A stretch of 64,000 bases of DNA from an uncultured Planctomycetia bacterium (GTDB lineage: Bacteria; Omnitrophota; Gorgyraeia; CAYWPX01), in NCBI GenBank assembly GCA_964460615.1, contig CAYWPX010000002.1, positions 135,220-199,219 of the forward strand, read 5' to 3'. This document shows positions 18,036 to 28,900 of the stretch, piece after piece. The notes under the pieces are model-generated. The model saw only the letters and a program-made list of their open reading frames with translations. It searched no databases and had not been told where the DNA came from. The position numbers and the translations under genes are program-made. Position 1 is the first letter of the stretch, and each line of letters opens with the position of its first letter.

Positions 18036-18479
18036 TTAATCAACAATCTCTATTTCAGAAGGGTCGTTTATAATAATTTCCGCTTTGCCCTTATATTCCT
18101 TTATCAGGCCTTTTACGCGGACGGTTTTATTCTTATAATAAACCTCCGGCGAATCAGAGAAATTATTAAACGCGGATTTGAATATCACTGCCGTGAAACC
18201 TTTTTTATAATCCCTGTCGAAATTCAAAAAGCAGACTTTTTCGTTTTTGTACGTCGCGACTATCCTGCCCTCAACGGTGCAAAATTTTCCTATATAATTT
18301 TTGGCGTTTTGGCTTTTTATTATTGTATTTTCATTAACATTACCCCATCCAAAATTGCCAAAATTAAGCGGCCCGAATACAAATCTCGACGCCATAAGGA
18401 CAATCAGTATCCCTAGAAGCATAAAAAACGCTTTTTTATAAAAATCGTTTTGCATTTTTTTATTCTCCGCCAGTATCAA
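18036..18479 (-). CDS. Membrane-anchored OB-fold-like hypothetical protein.
   Basis: N-terminal TM segment, then a beta-rich segment GKFCTVEGRIVATYKNEKVCFLNFDRDYKKGFTAVIF...VRVKGLIKEYKGKAEIII. Translationally overlaps the upstream nuclease gene. Confidence 0.35.
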   Translation of the reverse strand: MILAENKKMQNDFYKKAFFMLLGILIVLMASRFVFGPLNFGNFGWGNVNENTIIKSQNAKNYIGKFCTVEGRIVATYKNEKVCFLNFDRDYKKGFTAVIFKSAFNNFSDSPEVYYKNKTVRVKGLIKEYKGKAEIIINDPSEIEIVD

Positions 18480-19113
18480 AAAGTTCTTTTGGGTATTTTT
18501 TAACTAAATCCTCCAATAGCATATCAAATTCTATTTTGCCTTTTTCGCTGAGTACATCATATCTTGAGATTATTCCTGCTATTCTTGCATCAATAGGTGA
18601 ATGCGTCCATATCCCGCGCTGGTTTGCCCTTGCTTCATGTTCAAGGCTCAGATATAAATCCATTTTTGAAAACGGGAATCTGGTGTATGTATAACCGTAT
18701 CCTCTTTTTAAGAGATCCTCGTTTAGATATGTCCCGTCAGGAAGCAACACATAAGCAAGTAGCCTCTCATATTTATCCGTTAATTCGTTTTCAAATTCAA
18801 GAGTTACGTTTTGGCCTTCGCAGAGTTTTTTTGTATATTCCCCTGCTTCGCTAGCAAAATACTGAACGGGTAGCTCCGGGTGATGAAGCTCGGGGGTGTC
18901 TACTCCTATTAAACGCACCTTCCTGCCGTCTTTTAGCTCCAGAGTATCTCCATCCAAAGCTTTTACTACAAAAACATTTTCGGATTTAAAAGAAACGTTT
19001 TTGATTTCGGTAAGATTATTTTCGGAATAATTTTTAGAAATTTTTAGAATTACAATTAGTCCCAGCCCCAAAATTACTCCGATTACAAAATATCTTATAT
19101 AACCCTTAATCAT
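18460..19113 (-). CDS. Membrane-anchored thermonuclease (staphylococcal nuclease, SNase-like).
   Basis: TM anchor YIRYFVIGVILGLGLIVIL, then VVKALDGDTLELKDGRKVRLIGVDTPE... (SNase catalytic core pattern). Confidence 0.7.
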   Translation of the reverse strand: MIKGYIRYFVIGVILGLGLIVILKISKNYSENNLTEIKNVSFKSENVFVVKALDGDTLELKDGRKVRLIGVDTPELHHPELPVQYFASEAGEYTKKLCEGQNVTLEFENELTDKYERLLAYVLLPDGTYLNEDLLKRGYGYTYTRFPFSKMDLYLSLEHEARANQRGIWTHSPIDARIAGIISRYDVLSEKGKIEFDMLLEDLVKKYPKELFDTGGE

Positions 19114-19723
19114 TTTTTAAACCTTTGGATTCTTTATTGATTGAAATTATATGGAGATTGCCTTTTTCTGAAAATTTATGATAAAAAAGATCTATTATTA
19201 GATGATCCCCTTCCCATATATAGCTTTCAGGAGTAGATGTAGCCATCTTTGCTTCGCCAAGCTTATTAAAGCAGGCTTTTTTAAGTGCCTCCCAGTTTAG
19301 ATCTCCGTCTGTTTGAACTATAACGCCTGAAAATTTCCCATCAATAAAGGCATATAGTATTTTCTCAACTCTAACCCCCCATAGCTTCATCTCATCAAGG
19401 TTTCTGATATAGATCCTGAGGTTATTTGTTACTGGAAAGCTCGGCTTAAGCTCTTCGGCTAATCCCAATATACCAAGATTATCCTGCCAACTCATACCCC
19501 TGAAATTCTCCGGTTCAGCCTCAGGAGGGATTTTGGTTGTTTTGCCGTTATATTCTGCGGTATTAATGTCAATTGCCCTGGTAAAATCGGTATATATAAG
19601 ATCAATTTCTTTTTGTGGTATTGTTTTAGACATGCTTTCCTGGCTAAACGCTAAATTACTAAAAGCGCTTAAAGAAAAAATGGTTATAAAAACATAAAAG
19701 ATTTTTGTGATACCTCTTCTCAT
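19106..19723 (-). CDS. Secreted hypothetical protein.
   Basis: Signal peptide MRRGITKIFYVFITIFSLSAFSNLAFSQE. No recognised domain. Confidence 0.35.
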   Translation of the reverse strand: MRRGITKIFYVFITIFSLSAFSNLAFSQESMSKTIPQKEIDLIYTDFTRAIDINTAEYNGKTTKIPPEAEPENFRGMSWQDNLGILGLAEELKPSFPVTNNLRIYIRNLDEMKLWGVRVEKILYAFIDGKFSGVIVQTDGDLNWEALKKACFNKLGEAKMATSTPESYIWEGDHLIIDLFYHKFSEKGNLHIISINKESKGLKND

Positions 19724-19749
19724 GTTTCTCTCCTTGAGATTTTTGGAAA

Positions 19750-20463
19750 CTAAGGGTTTATTAATACCTTTTTATCCGTATCAGGGTATTCATTTAGAGT
19801 ATCAAAATCAGAATCATAAAGAAACGGCCCTGCAACATGCATATCTACAAAAAGCAGCATTACATAGTTACTTCCCTGGTTACTCCCATGCCCCGGATTA
19901 TTAGAATTGTTGCATCTTTCCAAATAAACCAGATTAAGCGGCTTTGTTATGCTGTTAAACGGCCTTCTTGATAAAGGCCCTCCTGGATAAGATAATATTG
20001 AAGTATTTAATATATAAGAATTGCCATAATAATTAAATGATGTTGCATTTATACCTGATCTTTGCTTGGTATCAGACGGGCAGTGAAAAATTTCCACTGC
20101 GAGGCTGGAATTTGTTGTTATATCAAGATACTTATTTATCACTCTATATGATGCGCCGTACCGGAAGTCATAAACCGGGAATGTCCCCTGCTTACCGCCA
20201 AATGCATAAACATCGGGAACGCCTCCCATATTAGGCGAAGCAATAAAAGGAAAGAGTTCATTATTATCCTCGAGATATAACCTCCAGGCAAGCCCGTGCT
20301 GACGAAGATTATTAAGGCAGGTTATCCTTTTTGTCTGTTCTCTCACCTGTTTCATGACCGGCAATAAAAGGCCTGCTAAAACCCCTGCAATTGATATTGT
20401 CACAAGGAGCTCTATCAATGTAAACCCAGAAATTTTCTTGATAGATCTAATTTCCAAGTACAC
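19750..20463 (-). CDS. Prepilin-type N-terminal / H-X9-DG domain protein, paralog 3.
   Basis: ...KKISG|[59 protein letters not shown]. Confidence 0.75.
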   Translation of the reverse strand: MYLEIRSIKKISGFTLIELLVTISIAGVLAGLLLPVMKQVREQTKRITCLNNLRQHGLAWRLYLEDNNELFPFIASPNMGGVPDVYAFGGKQGTFPVYDFRYGASYRVINKYLDITTNSSLAVEIFHCPSDTKQRSGINATSFNYYGNSYILNTSILSYPGGPLSRRPFNSITKPLNLVYLERCNNSNNPGHGSNQGSNYVMLLFVDMHVAGPFLYDSDFDTLNEYPDTDKKVLINP

Positions 20464-20470
20464 CTCTTTC

Positions 20471-20890
20471 TTAATTTCCCATAAACTGCACTATTATTTT
20501 CCTATCCCGGGGCCTATTATCAAATTCCGCCAATACTACCTGCTGCCATGTACCTAAAAACAGCTTTTTATCCTTAAAAGGAACTGTTATTGACGGCCCC
20601 TGCAATGCCGCCCTAACGTGGCTGAAACCGTTGGCATCACCCCACGTATCATCGTGGGAATAATGCTTATTGGAAGGAGCGATTTTTTCATAAAAATCCT
20701 TCATGTCTTTTTCAAGTCCAGGCTCAAATTCAAATGTAGTAATGGAGGCTGTGGACCCTATGATAAAAACAGTGACTATCCCTTCATTCAGCCCGGATCT
20801 TAAAAGCAACTCTTCGACTTCGCCGGTTATATTTATAAAATCCCCCGCGCCTTTGGTTTTTTTTGTTATAAACTCGGTTATAATGTTCAT
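20471..20890 (-). CDS. YjbQ/UPF0047 family protein (secondary thiamine-phosphate synthase-like).
   Basis: Internal start MNIITEFITKKTKGAGDFINITGEV...TVFIIGSTASITTFEFEPGLEKDM...LGTWQQVVLAEFDNRPRDRKIIVQ. The start abuts the stop of the upstream nitroreductase gene. Confidence 0.6.
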   Translation of the reverse strand: MNIITEFITKKTKGAGDFINITGEVEELLLRSGLNEGIVTVFIIGSTASITTFEFEPGLEKDMKDFYEKIAPSNKHYSHDDTWGDANGFSHVRAALQGPSITVPFKDKKLFLGTWQQVVLAEFDNRPRDRKIIVQFMGN

Positions 20891-20891
20891 A

Positions 20892-21392
20892 TCAAACCTT
20901 AATAAGAAGGTTTTCCAATTTTTTTCTTGTTCCTTTCGGGGATTTTTCATTTGAATATCCAAGAGTAATTACCGCCACAATCTCCAGGTCCTCATCAAGG
21001 CCAAGAAATTTTTCTACTTCTTCTTTTTTATTTAATATCTCCCCGAGCCAGCAGCCCCCAAGCCCCAGCGAGTGTGCCTCTAAAAGCATATTTTGTATTG
21101 AAGCACCTATAGCCATAAGGTCTTTATCCCTATTATAGGAACTCCCCGCATCCATGCAAACAATTATCGCTAAAGGTGCATTCAGAATAATCCCGCAATA
21201 CTTTGTAAAACCGGCTAATTTATCTTTCTTTTCCTTATCCTTAATAACTAAAAAACGCCATGGCTGGTTATTTAATCCAGATGGCGCCCAACTACCGGCT
21301 TCAAGGATTTTTCTTATATCAGAATCTTTGGGAAGTTTATTCTTATATTTCCTTACGGAACGGCGGGTTTTTATAATGTTCATTATATCCAT
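20892..21392 (-). CDS. Nitroreductase family protein.
   Basis: IIKTRRSVRKY...NNQPWRFLVI...GCWLG motifs. Confidence 0.75.
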   Translation of the reverse strand: MDIMNIIKTRRSVRKYKNKLPKDSDIRKILEAGSWAPSGLNNQPWRFLVIKDKEKKDKLAGFTKYCGIILNAPLAIIVCMDAGSSYNRDKDLMAIGASIQNMLLEAHSLGLGGCWLGEILNKKEEVEKFLGLDEDLEIVAVITLGYSNEKSPKGTRKKLENLLIKV

Positions 21393-21574
21393 AAAAGAAT
21401 ATTCGGTTTATTAACAAATTAACCTTATACTACAAAAATTAGGTTATATACCTGTCAAGCCACATTATTATTATACCACAAATTGTAATAAGATAAGGAT
21501 CGTAGAAATCGGAATTTAAACCTACTTATTGATGATGCGTAAAGCTTTTCAAAATCATTTCGGCCCTATATGCC

Positions 21575-22309
21575 CTAAAAGCCTTTTAAGTAACTTTCCG
21601 AGACTTCTTTTGTGGAACCATACATTTTGACCGAACCGTTTTCCATCCAAATACATTTGTTGCATAATTTACCAAGTAGTTCCATATCATGAGTTACAAA
21701 CACAAGGATTTTTACCTTATCCGCAAGCTCTCGCAGTCTTTTTAGGGCCTTACCTAAAAAAAACGCATCTCCGGCAGCAATAGATTCATCTAGGATCAAT
21801 ATATCCGATTCCGTCATCAAAGCTGACGTAGCAAACGCCAGCCTTACAAACATCCCTGTAGAATAATATTTGACCGCTATATTTAAATACTCTCCCAGTT
21901 CACTGAACTCTGCTATCTCTTTGATTTTACTTTTGATGCTTTGCGGGCTCCCCCCCAACATCAACCCTCTAAGATATATATTATCCCATCCGGTTGCATG
22001 CATCTCAAATCCCACCCCGGATTCAAATAATGTTGCCATACTACCCTCAACTTCCAGCTTTCCGTTCGTATGAGGATATATACCTGCGATAATCTTTAAT
22101 AATGAGCTTTTTCCTGCTCCATTTCTTCCGATGATTCCCAGTCTGTCGCCATCATTTATCTCTAAGCTTACATTTTTCACAGCGTGGATCTTACGACCAT
22201 CTTCTAAACAATTATTTATCCTGCCTTTCGGAATCAGAATGTCTTTAATTCTTTTTTCAGCGGTTATTTCATAAATCAAATTTATATTAGAAAGCTTTAT
22301 ATGACTCAT
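21575..22309 (-). CDS. wzt: ABC transporter ATP-binding protein, polysaccharide export type (Wzt/TagH/KpsT-like, no C-terminal CBM).
   Basis: Walker A GRNGAGKSS, signature YSTGMFVRLAFA, Walker B ILILDE. Directly downstream of an ABC-2 permease. Confidence 0.8.
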   Translation of the reverse strand: MSHIKLSNINLIYEITAEKRIKDILIPKGRINNCLEDGRKIHAVKNVSLEINDGDRLGIIGRNGAGKSSLLKIIAGIYPHTNGKLEVEGSMATLFESGVGFEMHATGWDNIYLRGLMLGGSPQSIKSKIKEIAEFSELGEYLNIAVKYYSTGMFVRLAFATSALMTESDILILDESIAAGDAFFLGKALKRLRELADKVKILVFVTHDMELLGKLCNKCIWMENGSVKMYGSTKEVSESYLKGF

Positions 22310-22320
22310 TTATTAAATCC

Positions 22321-23103
22321 CTATAGTTTAAATACTATCTTTCTACCGACTTTTTTTAGTACGGCTACTGCCGCTATAAAAAATATTAAAGAAGCTAATC
22401 CTACTAAAACCCATACAATTTTATCCAGCGACTCATTACCAAGTAAAGGTGCTCTTAAAATCTCCAGAAGATAATAAACAGGATTATAGGAATAGATCCA
22501 TTCGGAATTATTATTTTTTAATAGCTCTGCCGGAAACAAGATCGGTGTTGCAAAAAATAGAGCCTGAAATATAAGCGGCTGCAAAAGCGCATAGTCTCTG
22601 AAATATACATTGAAAACCGCTACTATGGTAGAAAGTGAAATGCCAACGATAAACCATATCCCAAGCGCCGGGAACACCATAAGCATTTTCGGTGAGAATT
22701 TTTCAGGGCTTATAAAAAAATATATTACAAAATACGACAAAAGCGAAAATAAAAGATTAACGAATGCTGTTAAAGTTACTCTTAGGGGAAATATTTCTAT
22801 CGGGATCCTGGTTTGCTTGATATACCCTTCAGAAACCAAAAATGCCTGCGTGCCTCCGTCAGCGCACGAAACTATATAAAGCCAGGGAATTAACCCAGAA
22901 AACAGGTATGGCACAAATACTTTAAGCGGGAGTTGCAATGTTGCCGAATATACTCTGCCAATAATCAACGCCAGGCATAGAGGTATGAAAAAAGCCCACA
23001 TAATACCAAGAATAGATCCCCTGTACTTATTCTTCAGATCATAATACGTCAGGCTTAATAAAACGTATCTCGCCTTATAAATATTATTAAAATATTCTTT
23101 CAA
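22321..23103 (-). CDS. wzm: ABC-2 type polysaccharide export permease (Wzm-like).
   Basis: 260 aa, 6 predicted TM segments, typical Wzm/TagG architecture. Confidence 0.75.
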   Translation of the reverse strand: MKEYFNNIYKARYVLLSLTYYDLKNKYRGSILGIMWAFFIPLCLALIIGRVYSATLQLPLKVFVPYLFSGLIPWLYIVSCADGGTQAFLVSEGYIKQTRIPIEIFPLRVTLTAFVNLLFSLLSYFVIYFFISPEKFSPKMLMVFPALGIWFIVGISLSTIVAVFNVYFRDYALLQPLIFQALFFATPILFPAELLKNNNSEWIYSYNPVYYLLEILRAPLLGNESLDKIVWVLVGLASLIFFIAAVAVLKKVGRKIVFKL

Positions 23104-23189
23104 TCCCAGCCTTCCTTTTGCTCAATCTAAAATTTTCATAACTAAGAATATAATTTAAGTTTATTATAACATCAAAATTAAAACAAAAC

Positions 23190-23933
23190 CTACATAGTTT
23201 CACAAATAACATACTGCGCCCACATAAGCTTTGACCATACACCATAGGTCGTAATTTCCTCGTCTCTATTCTTAAAACCATAACCGATAAGCTTGTCTTC
23301 CAGGCGTTTGTTCCGAATAATGCCGCTTTCAACAATCTTCAGGCCGGCTCCATGAAGCATCACATCCAAAAACTCCATAGTATAGGTTCTCTTATGTGAA
23401 ACATCATCAAAAAAATTAGTAATCGAAACTTCAAAACCTTTTTTTAAGAAATCTTCTCTTGTAGGATAATACACCGTAACGGGAGAAGGAAATTCAATAT
23501 AGATCCGCCCTCCGGGCTTGGTAACACGCCTTATCTCTTTAAGCACATATTCAGGGTTATTAAAATGCTCTAAAACATGTGAAAGAAAAATAATATCAAA
23601 AAAACCGTCATTAAAACCAAGGCCGGTTTTTTCAACATCTGCCACCTGAAAATTGACATAATTATTCTTATGTTCTGCGTCTCTTACATCAACTCCATAC
23701 ATTTTTATATCATTTCTTACAGGTTTACCCCAACCTTTCCAAAAAGAAAGATTTCCGGAACCGGCGCCAACATCAAGAAATCTTGCATCAATAGGTGTTT
23801 TCTTATAAAAACAAAAACGTGGGTGGAAACTCCAATAAACCTCTAAAAGATGAGCCCTGCTTCCGATCCAAAAATACGAATTAATTTTAATGTCAATATC
23901 CCCGACAGAAATAATTTTATTTTTATGCCACAT
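23190..23933 (-). CDS. Class I SAM-dependent methyltransferase.
   Basis: FLDVGAGSGNLS motif I. IIFLSHVLEHF...PGGRIYIE. Confidence 0.7.
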   Translation of the reverse strand: MWHKNKIISVGDIDIKINSYFWIGSRAHLLEVYWSFHPRFCFYKKTPIDARFLDVGAGSGNLSFWKGWGKPVRNDIKMYGVDVRDAEHKNNYVNFQVADVEKTGLGFNDGFFDIIFLSHVLEHFNNPEYVLKEIRRVTKPGGRIYIEFPSPVTVYYPTREDFLKKGFEVSITNFFDDVSHKRTYTMEFLDVMLHGAGLKIVESGIIRNKRLEDKLIGYGFKNRDEEITTYGVWSKLMWAQYVICETM

Positions 23934-23942
23934 ATTTTCACC

Positions 23943-25052
23943 TTATCTGTCATTATTCAACAAATTTTTAATAGTACTCAGCAAATCCTTATTGGAGATC
24001 AGGTCCATGCAAACAAGATTAGACTCCTGGCAATTACTATCAAATCTGGATTTGTAACAGTACTTACAGCTAATATCGGGCTCCAATATATCGCCCAACC
24101 CGTATAAATAAAATTCTGCTCTTGGGAAAATACTATTTAAAATAATTATTTTCTTCTCTAGCCCTATTGCAATATGCATTGCCATGGTAACCGGCGTAAC
24201 CACCAGATCGCATAATGAAACAAGCCCTATAAATTTCTTAATTGGGAAAACTCCGAAATAAGCAGCTTTTGTCATGGAAGCAATTTTCATATTTAGTGAA
24301 TGCTCATCGGGGCCTCCGAGCAAAACCACCTGGTATTTATTTTGAATCTTGCGTATAACTGAAAGAAGTTTTTTGTTTGAAAATTTTCTTATAGGCCACT
24401 TTTTCCCGACACTGGTATTTATCCCTATGATTTTCCGATTCTTAGAAATCTCAACATCCGGAATTTCATAAGCAGGTAAAATATATTTTTCGCCGCTCCA
24501 CTTGAATCCGCATACTTCAAATATCTCTTCGATATAGTTTTTTTTGTTGGCCTTCATCAGATCGTCAAAAACCCCCGTCAGCCATTTATGACGGGCATCC
24601 TTATCAAAAGGCATAATGACGCCGTTATTTTGCGTAAATCCCTTTTTACTCTTAGAACAAATGAGATTCGCAAGACTGCAAGCCTCAAGATCCTTGTCCA
24701 GGTTAAATAGAATATCAAATTCCTGATCAAGTAGGAATGGAACTGCATCTTTATCCCAATCAAGCACCTTATAGACGTGTTCTATGGGCACAAGCTCGGG
24801 ATATTTTGTCAGCCAGAAAATCCTGGCAGTCGGATAGACCTTGTTTAGCTTTCGTAATAGCGGCGTATTACGGATCACTTCACCAGCAGCTTGAAGTTTA
24901 ATAATCAATATATTTTTCCCTGATTTTTTATAAAATTTGCATTCTTTGCAATGAACTCCATGTTTTTTGTGGAAATTACAGGGCATGTATCCGTTAAAAT
25001 AAAGACAGTCTAAGCGCGGATTCACCATACTATTTCCTTTAAGGCTAAACAT
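23943..25052 (-). CDS. Glycosyltransferase family 9 (heptosyltransferase-like, RfaF/WaaC family).
   Basis: NILIIKLQAAGEVIRNTPLLRKLNKVYPTARIFWLT N-terminal GT9 pattern. C-terminal VTPVTMAMHIAIGLEKKIII. Confidence 0.65.
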   Translation of the reverse strand: MFSLKGNSMVNPRLDCLYFNGYMPCNFHKKHGVHCKECKFYKKSGKNILIIKLQAAGEVIRNTPLLRKLNKVYPTARIFWLTKYPELVPIEHVYKVLDWDKDAVPFLLDQEFDILFNLDKDLEACSLANLICSKSKKGFTQNNGVIMPFDKDARHKWLTGVFDDLMKANKKNYIEEIFEVCGFKWSGEKYILPAYEIPDVEISKNRKIIGINTSVGKKWPIRKFSNKKLLSVIRKIQNKYQVVLLGGPDEHSLNMKIASMTKAAYFGVFPIKKFIGLVSLCDLVVTPVTMAMHIAIGLEKKIIILNSIFPRAEFYLYGLGDILEPDISCKYCYKSRFDSNCQESNLVCMDLISNKDLLSTIKNLLNNDR

Positions 25053-25084
25053 AAAATATCATGGAATTTTTTATACCTTCTTAT

Positions 25085-25858
25085 TTATGGTTTAACTTGA
25101 TGCCTAAAAACATATTGAGGGAATATCTGCTCGCTATTAAAACCGTCTCTTCTTATTACCAGATCCTCCACCGCCTCTGTCGCACCCATACAGCTTGAAT
25201 AATTGGCGTCATCAAACACAAAATATCCACCTTGTACCATGCAGGGTTTCACTGCATCATACGAATAAGCCACTGCCGAATAAATATCACAATCAATATG
25301 CACAAGCGCAACACCATTAGTTTTTGAAAGCAGGCATGGTACAGTCTCTTCAAATAACCCCGGAATAAATTCAATATTGTTTAACTGATGATCTATTGTG
25401 TATTGTATCAATTCTTTTAGATTAACATCTGAGAAGTTCCCTTCGGTATGAACATCGATATTCGGATCTGTCTTTGGCATCCCTGAAAAAGTATCAAGAG
25501 CATATACCCGTATCCCAGGGTAAAGCTGTTTTACTATGGAGGCAATAAAAATAGCGCTTCCTCCGCGGTAAGCACCAAACTCAACGATATCTCCTGTAGG
25601 AACATTACCTAGAAAATATTTTAAAATTAGAAAGATATTCATCAAATTGTCTTCTGCAACAATAGAGCGTCCAGCACAAAGGTTAAAAGCCTTTTTATAA
25701 ATAAAGTCCTCCGAAATCATTTTCCGGAGATTACCAAACTGCAGCCCCCATCCGCGCGCATAGCCTTCGCTGACATTTCTTCCCTTGCGGATATTCTTGG
25801 AGTTTTTAAAAAGTGCCAATAGCCTCATAAATTCCTGGTCCATTTTTAAACTTTTCAT
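25085..25858 (-). CDS. TylF/MycF-family O-methyltransferase (macrocin O-MT-like).
   Basis: IVEFGAYRGGSAIFIAS...VYALDTFSGMP...GGYFVFDDA. Confidence 0.65.
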   Translation of the reverse strand: MKSLKMDQEFMRLLALFKNSKNIRKGRNVSEGYARGWGLQFGNLRKMISEDFIYKKAFNLCAGRSIVAEDNLMNIFLILKYFLGNVPTGDIVEFGAYRGGSAIFIASIVKQLYPGIRVYALDTFSGMPKTDPNIDVHTEGNFSDVNLKELIQYTIDHQLNNIEFIPGLFEETVPCLLSKTNGVALVHIDCDIYSAVAYSYDAVKPCMVQGGYFVFDDANYSSCMGATEAVEDLVIRRDGFNSEQIFPQYVFRHQVKP

Positions 25859-25952
25859 TTTTTCACCTAAATAGTCTTTTTAAAAATAACTTGTTCACTC
25901 GAATTATGAGGCCTTCCAATAGGATCCGTAAGCGGGTTTTCATTATGGCTAT

Positions 25953-28900
25953 CTAAAAAACGGCTAAGGTGCCCGCATAAAGCTTCGGAAGACCGTATTT
26001 TATGCCGGGATCAAAACCCAGATTAAGAAGTATCCGAGACAAAGCTCGCGAGCCGGCTTGAGCTCCCCATAAGCATTCTGCAAACTGAACTCCATTGTCA
26101 CTTATTCTATTCCACAGTATTTCATCTGTGTAAATCTTCTTAATAGCGTCTGCAAAGGGCTCCGCCCCGTCCGCAATTAATATATTTTTTCCGTCGCTGA
26201 GTGCCATGCCCTCTGCTGCCACACTAGTAGCAACCACCGGTAACCCGGCAGCCATTGCAGTACCGATCTTTCCTTTAATGCCGGCGCCAAAACGTAACGG
26301 CGCAACTGAAACACGCATCTTATCAAGTAGCGGATTGAGATTCTTTACAAACCCGCTAATAATAATATCTTCGGCTGCCAGTAATTGTATTTCATTTGGC
26401 GGATTACTCCCAACTATATTAAATCGCACGCCGGGTAACCGCGTACGCAATAATGGCATAACTTCGGATACAAAATACTTCACCGCATCAACATTAGGGG
26501 CATGCTGATAACCACCGACAAAAATAATGTCATGCCTATCTGAAAATTTTTTATCTGTTTTGCCGATATTTAATACCAGAGTAAGAACGCTTATATTCTT
26601 TTCGGGAAATTCTTTGCGAAGAAACTCAAGCTCTTTTTCGGTAACTGCGATAGTTGTATCTGACATGCGGATAGCATTAAATTCCAGTTGTTTCATTCTA
26701 TAAGCAGCTTGCCTTTTTGCGTTATCTTTAAATAAATCTGCTTCACGATGCATCCTGAGAAAATGCAGATCGTGGGTATAATAAATAACTTTGGCTTTTA
26801 TGCAATGTCGGCGGATCGTATTAATATTGCGTTCAACAACCAAAGGACGAGAAAGAAAGACCAGGTCATACCGCTGACCGCACTCTTTCACATGTTTTTC
26901 TACAGAAGAAACATATGGTGCATACAAAACCTCGATACCTGCCCTCTGGAGCGCTGTTGTATATATAGGCATGTATAGATAATTGTCTTCCGGAATGAAT
27001 GTAACCTGAAAACCCATTTCTCTAAATAAAAGCATGAGGTTGAATATTGTAACGGATCCGGCATCTTGGTCTGGCGTCGGAGTACAGTGATCCAAAACCA
27101 ATACCCGGCTTTTTGCCTGGCGGTCTTTTGCAATGTCCGCATTTGTCCCGGGAAGCTGATGGGTTTTTAAACGGTTTTTCCAGCGCGAATAAAGCTTCTT
27201 TCGGTTTTCTGCCTGAAAGGCCTTGATCCCATCTGAAATATCGGTCCCACAAGTAACACCTTCAAAATGGAACACTTTCGAAAGCGGCTGATAAATAACA
27301 CGGTAACCATTTTCGCGGACTTTAAGCGCCAAATCAGAATCTTCGCAATATGCAGGCATATACTGCTCATCAAAACCTCCAAGTTTCTCAAATAAGTTTT
27401 TTGGAAGCATAATTGATGCTCCTGAGCAATAATCAACTTCGCGCGCATAGTTAAAAACTGGAAGCTCTGGATCTTGATTGCGTCCAAAATTCCAGGCACT
27501 CCCATCTTGCCAGATTATGCTGCCAGCCTCCTGTAATTTTCCGCTGGGATACACCAGTTGAGATCCAACTAGTCCTGTGCCGTTAAACTCGGAAAACGTT
27601 CTGACAAGCTCATCCAACCAACCAGCGCTTACAACAGTGTCATTATTCAAAAAATGGAGATACTTACCAATTGCTGCTTTTGCTCCGACATTGCACGACC
27701 GGATAAAACCTTGATTATCTTTATTTACAATTAACCTGATTCCATCTATTCCCTGAAAAGTTTTTGCAGAATTATCTTGTGAACAATCGTCAACCACGAT
27801 AATCTCAAAAGGTGTTGTACTGGTATTTTTAGAAATAGACGCCAAACACCGAAGAGTATAATCAAGCTGCCCATAAACCGGAATAATAATTGATACTATT
27901 GGCTCTAAAAAAGATTTAAACTTAATATCTTTGAATTCAAAATTAAAATTTATCTTTGCGGTTTGGCGTCCATTAGGCAGAAAAACCGGTGAAGTTGCAT
28001 CCTCGTTTTTCAGAATGCGTAACATCCAGGGCGCATATTTATTTAGGAAATTAATATGTCTATATCTTGTCTGCCAGCTGAAAGGCAAACTTAAATAAAT
28101 CGTTTTTAATAGCTTAAGTATTCTTATCAAGATCTTTCGTATTTCGGATGAAAGGCCTCTCACCCATAGTGAACATTTTCTTAAGGGTAATGTTATCCTC
28201 CAGGAAATAGTCTTTGTGATCCTGATAATCTGGTCCTGAGCTTCTTTAAGCTCGTCTTGCAGGCCTAATGCCCATTTACCTCTTTTAATTGTCTCATCAT
28301 TTAGCCTGGTTATCTGTTCCCTGAGATCTGCCACAAGATAATTATGAGAGCTTATTTTTTCATTTAATTCATCGATCTTTTTTTTGAATACGGCGATCTC
28401 GTTGTCTTTTTCAAATAAGCTTTGGTTAAGAGATATTATGCTCTTATCGCATTCAAGACTTACCTTGCTATGACCTCGGTCCCAAGCACCAAACTTTTCA
28501 ATCTCTTTCTGGTGATGCCGAATCAACTGATCCCGCTCAAAAATGATCTTATCGAGTTCACCGGTCTTTTCAGACAATAAACTTAAAGATCTATCAAGTA
28601 AAAGCGAATGTTTCGAATGGACTTGTTTTATATCAGAACATACAGCTACCAAATAGACTGCTTCTTTTTTTTCTCCATCCTCAACAAATCTCTGCCCTCT
28701 ATTATCGATTTTATACTCTATAAAAGAGTTATCATGTTCAGAACTGTCTAATTCCCAGATGTTAGACCCGGTAAAAACCTTCTGCCCAAACAATGAGACA
28801 TGGACAAAATATTGATGCAAAAAATCAAAAAATTCATTTTCATAAAATTCTTTGATATGAAACTCATTTTTATATTTCGGTATATCAGAATACACGAGCT

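Noticed and set aside
23087-23335. 82-aa ORF bridging the wzm and methyltransferase genes.
   Set aside because: It overlaps both better-supported genes and has no recognisable features.
26900-27505. Three overlapping small minus-strand ORFs, considered as fragments of a frameshifted gene.
   Set aside because: The 1120-aa ORF 25953-29315 is continuous in its own frame through this region, so these are out-of-frame artefacts.
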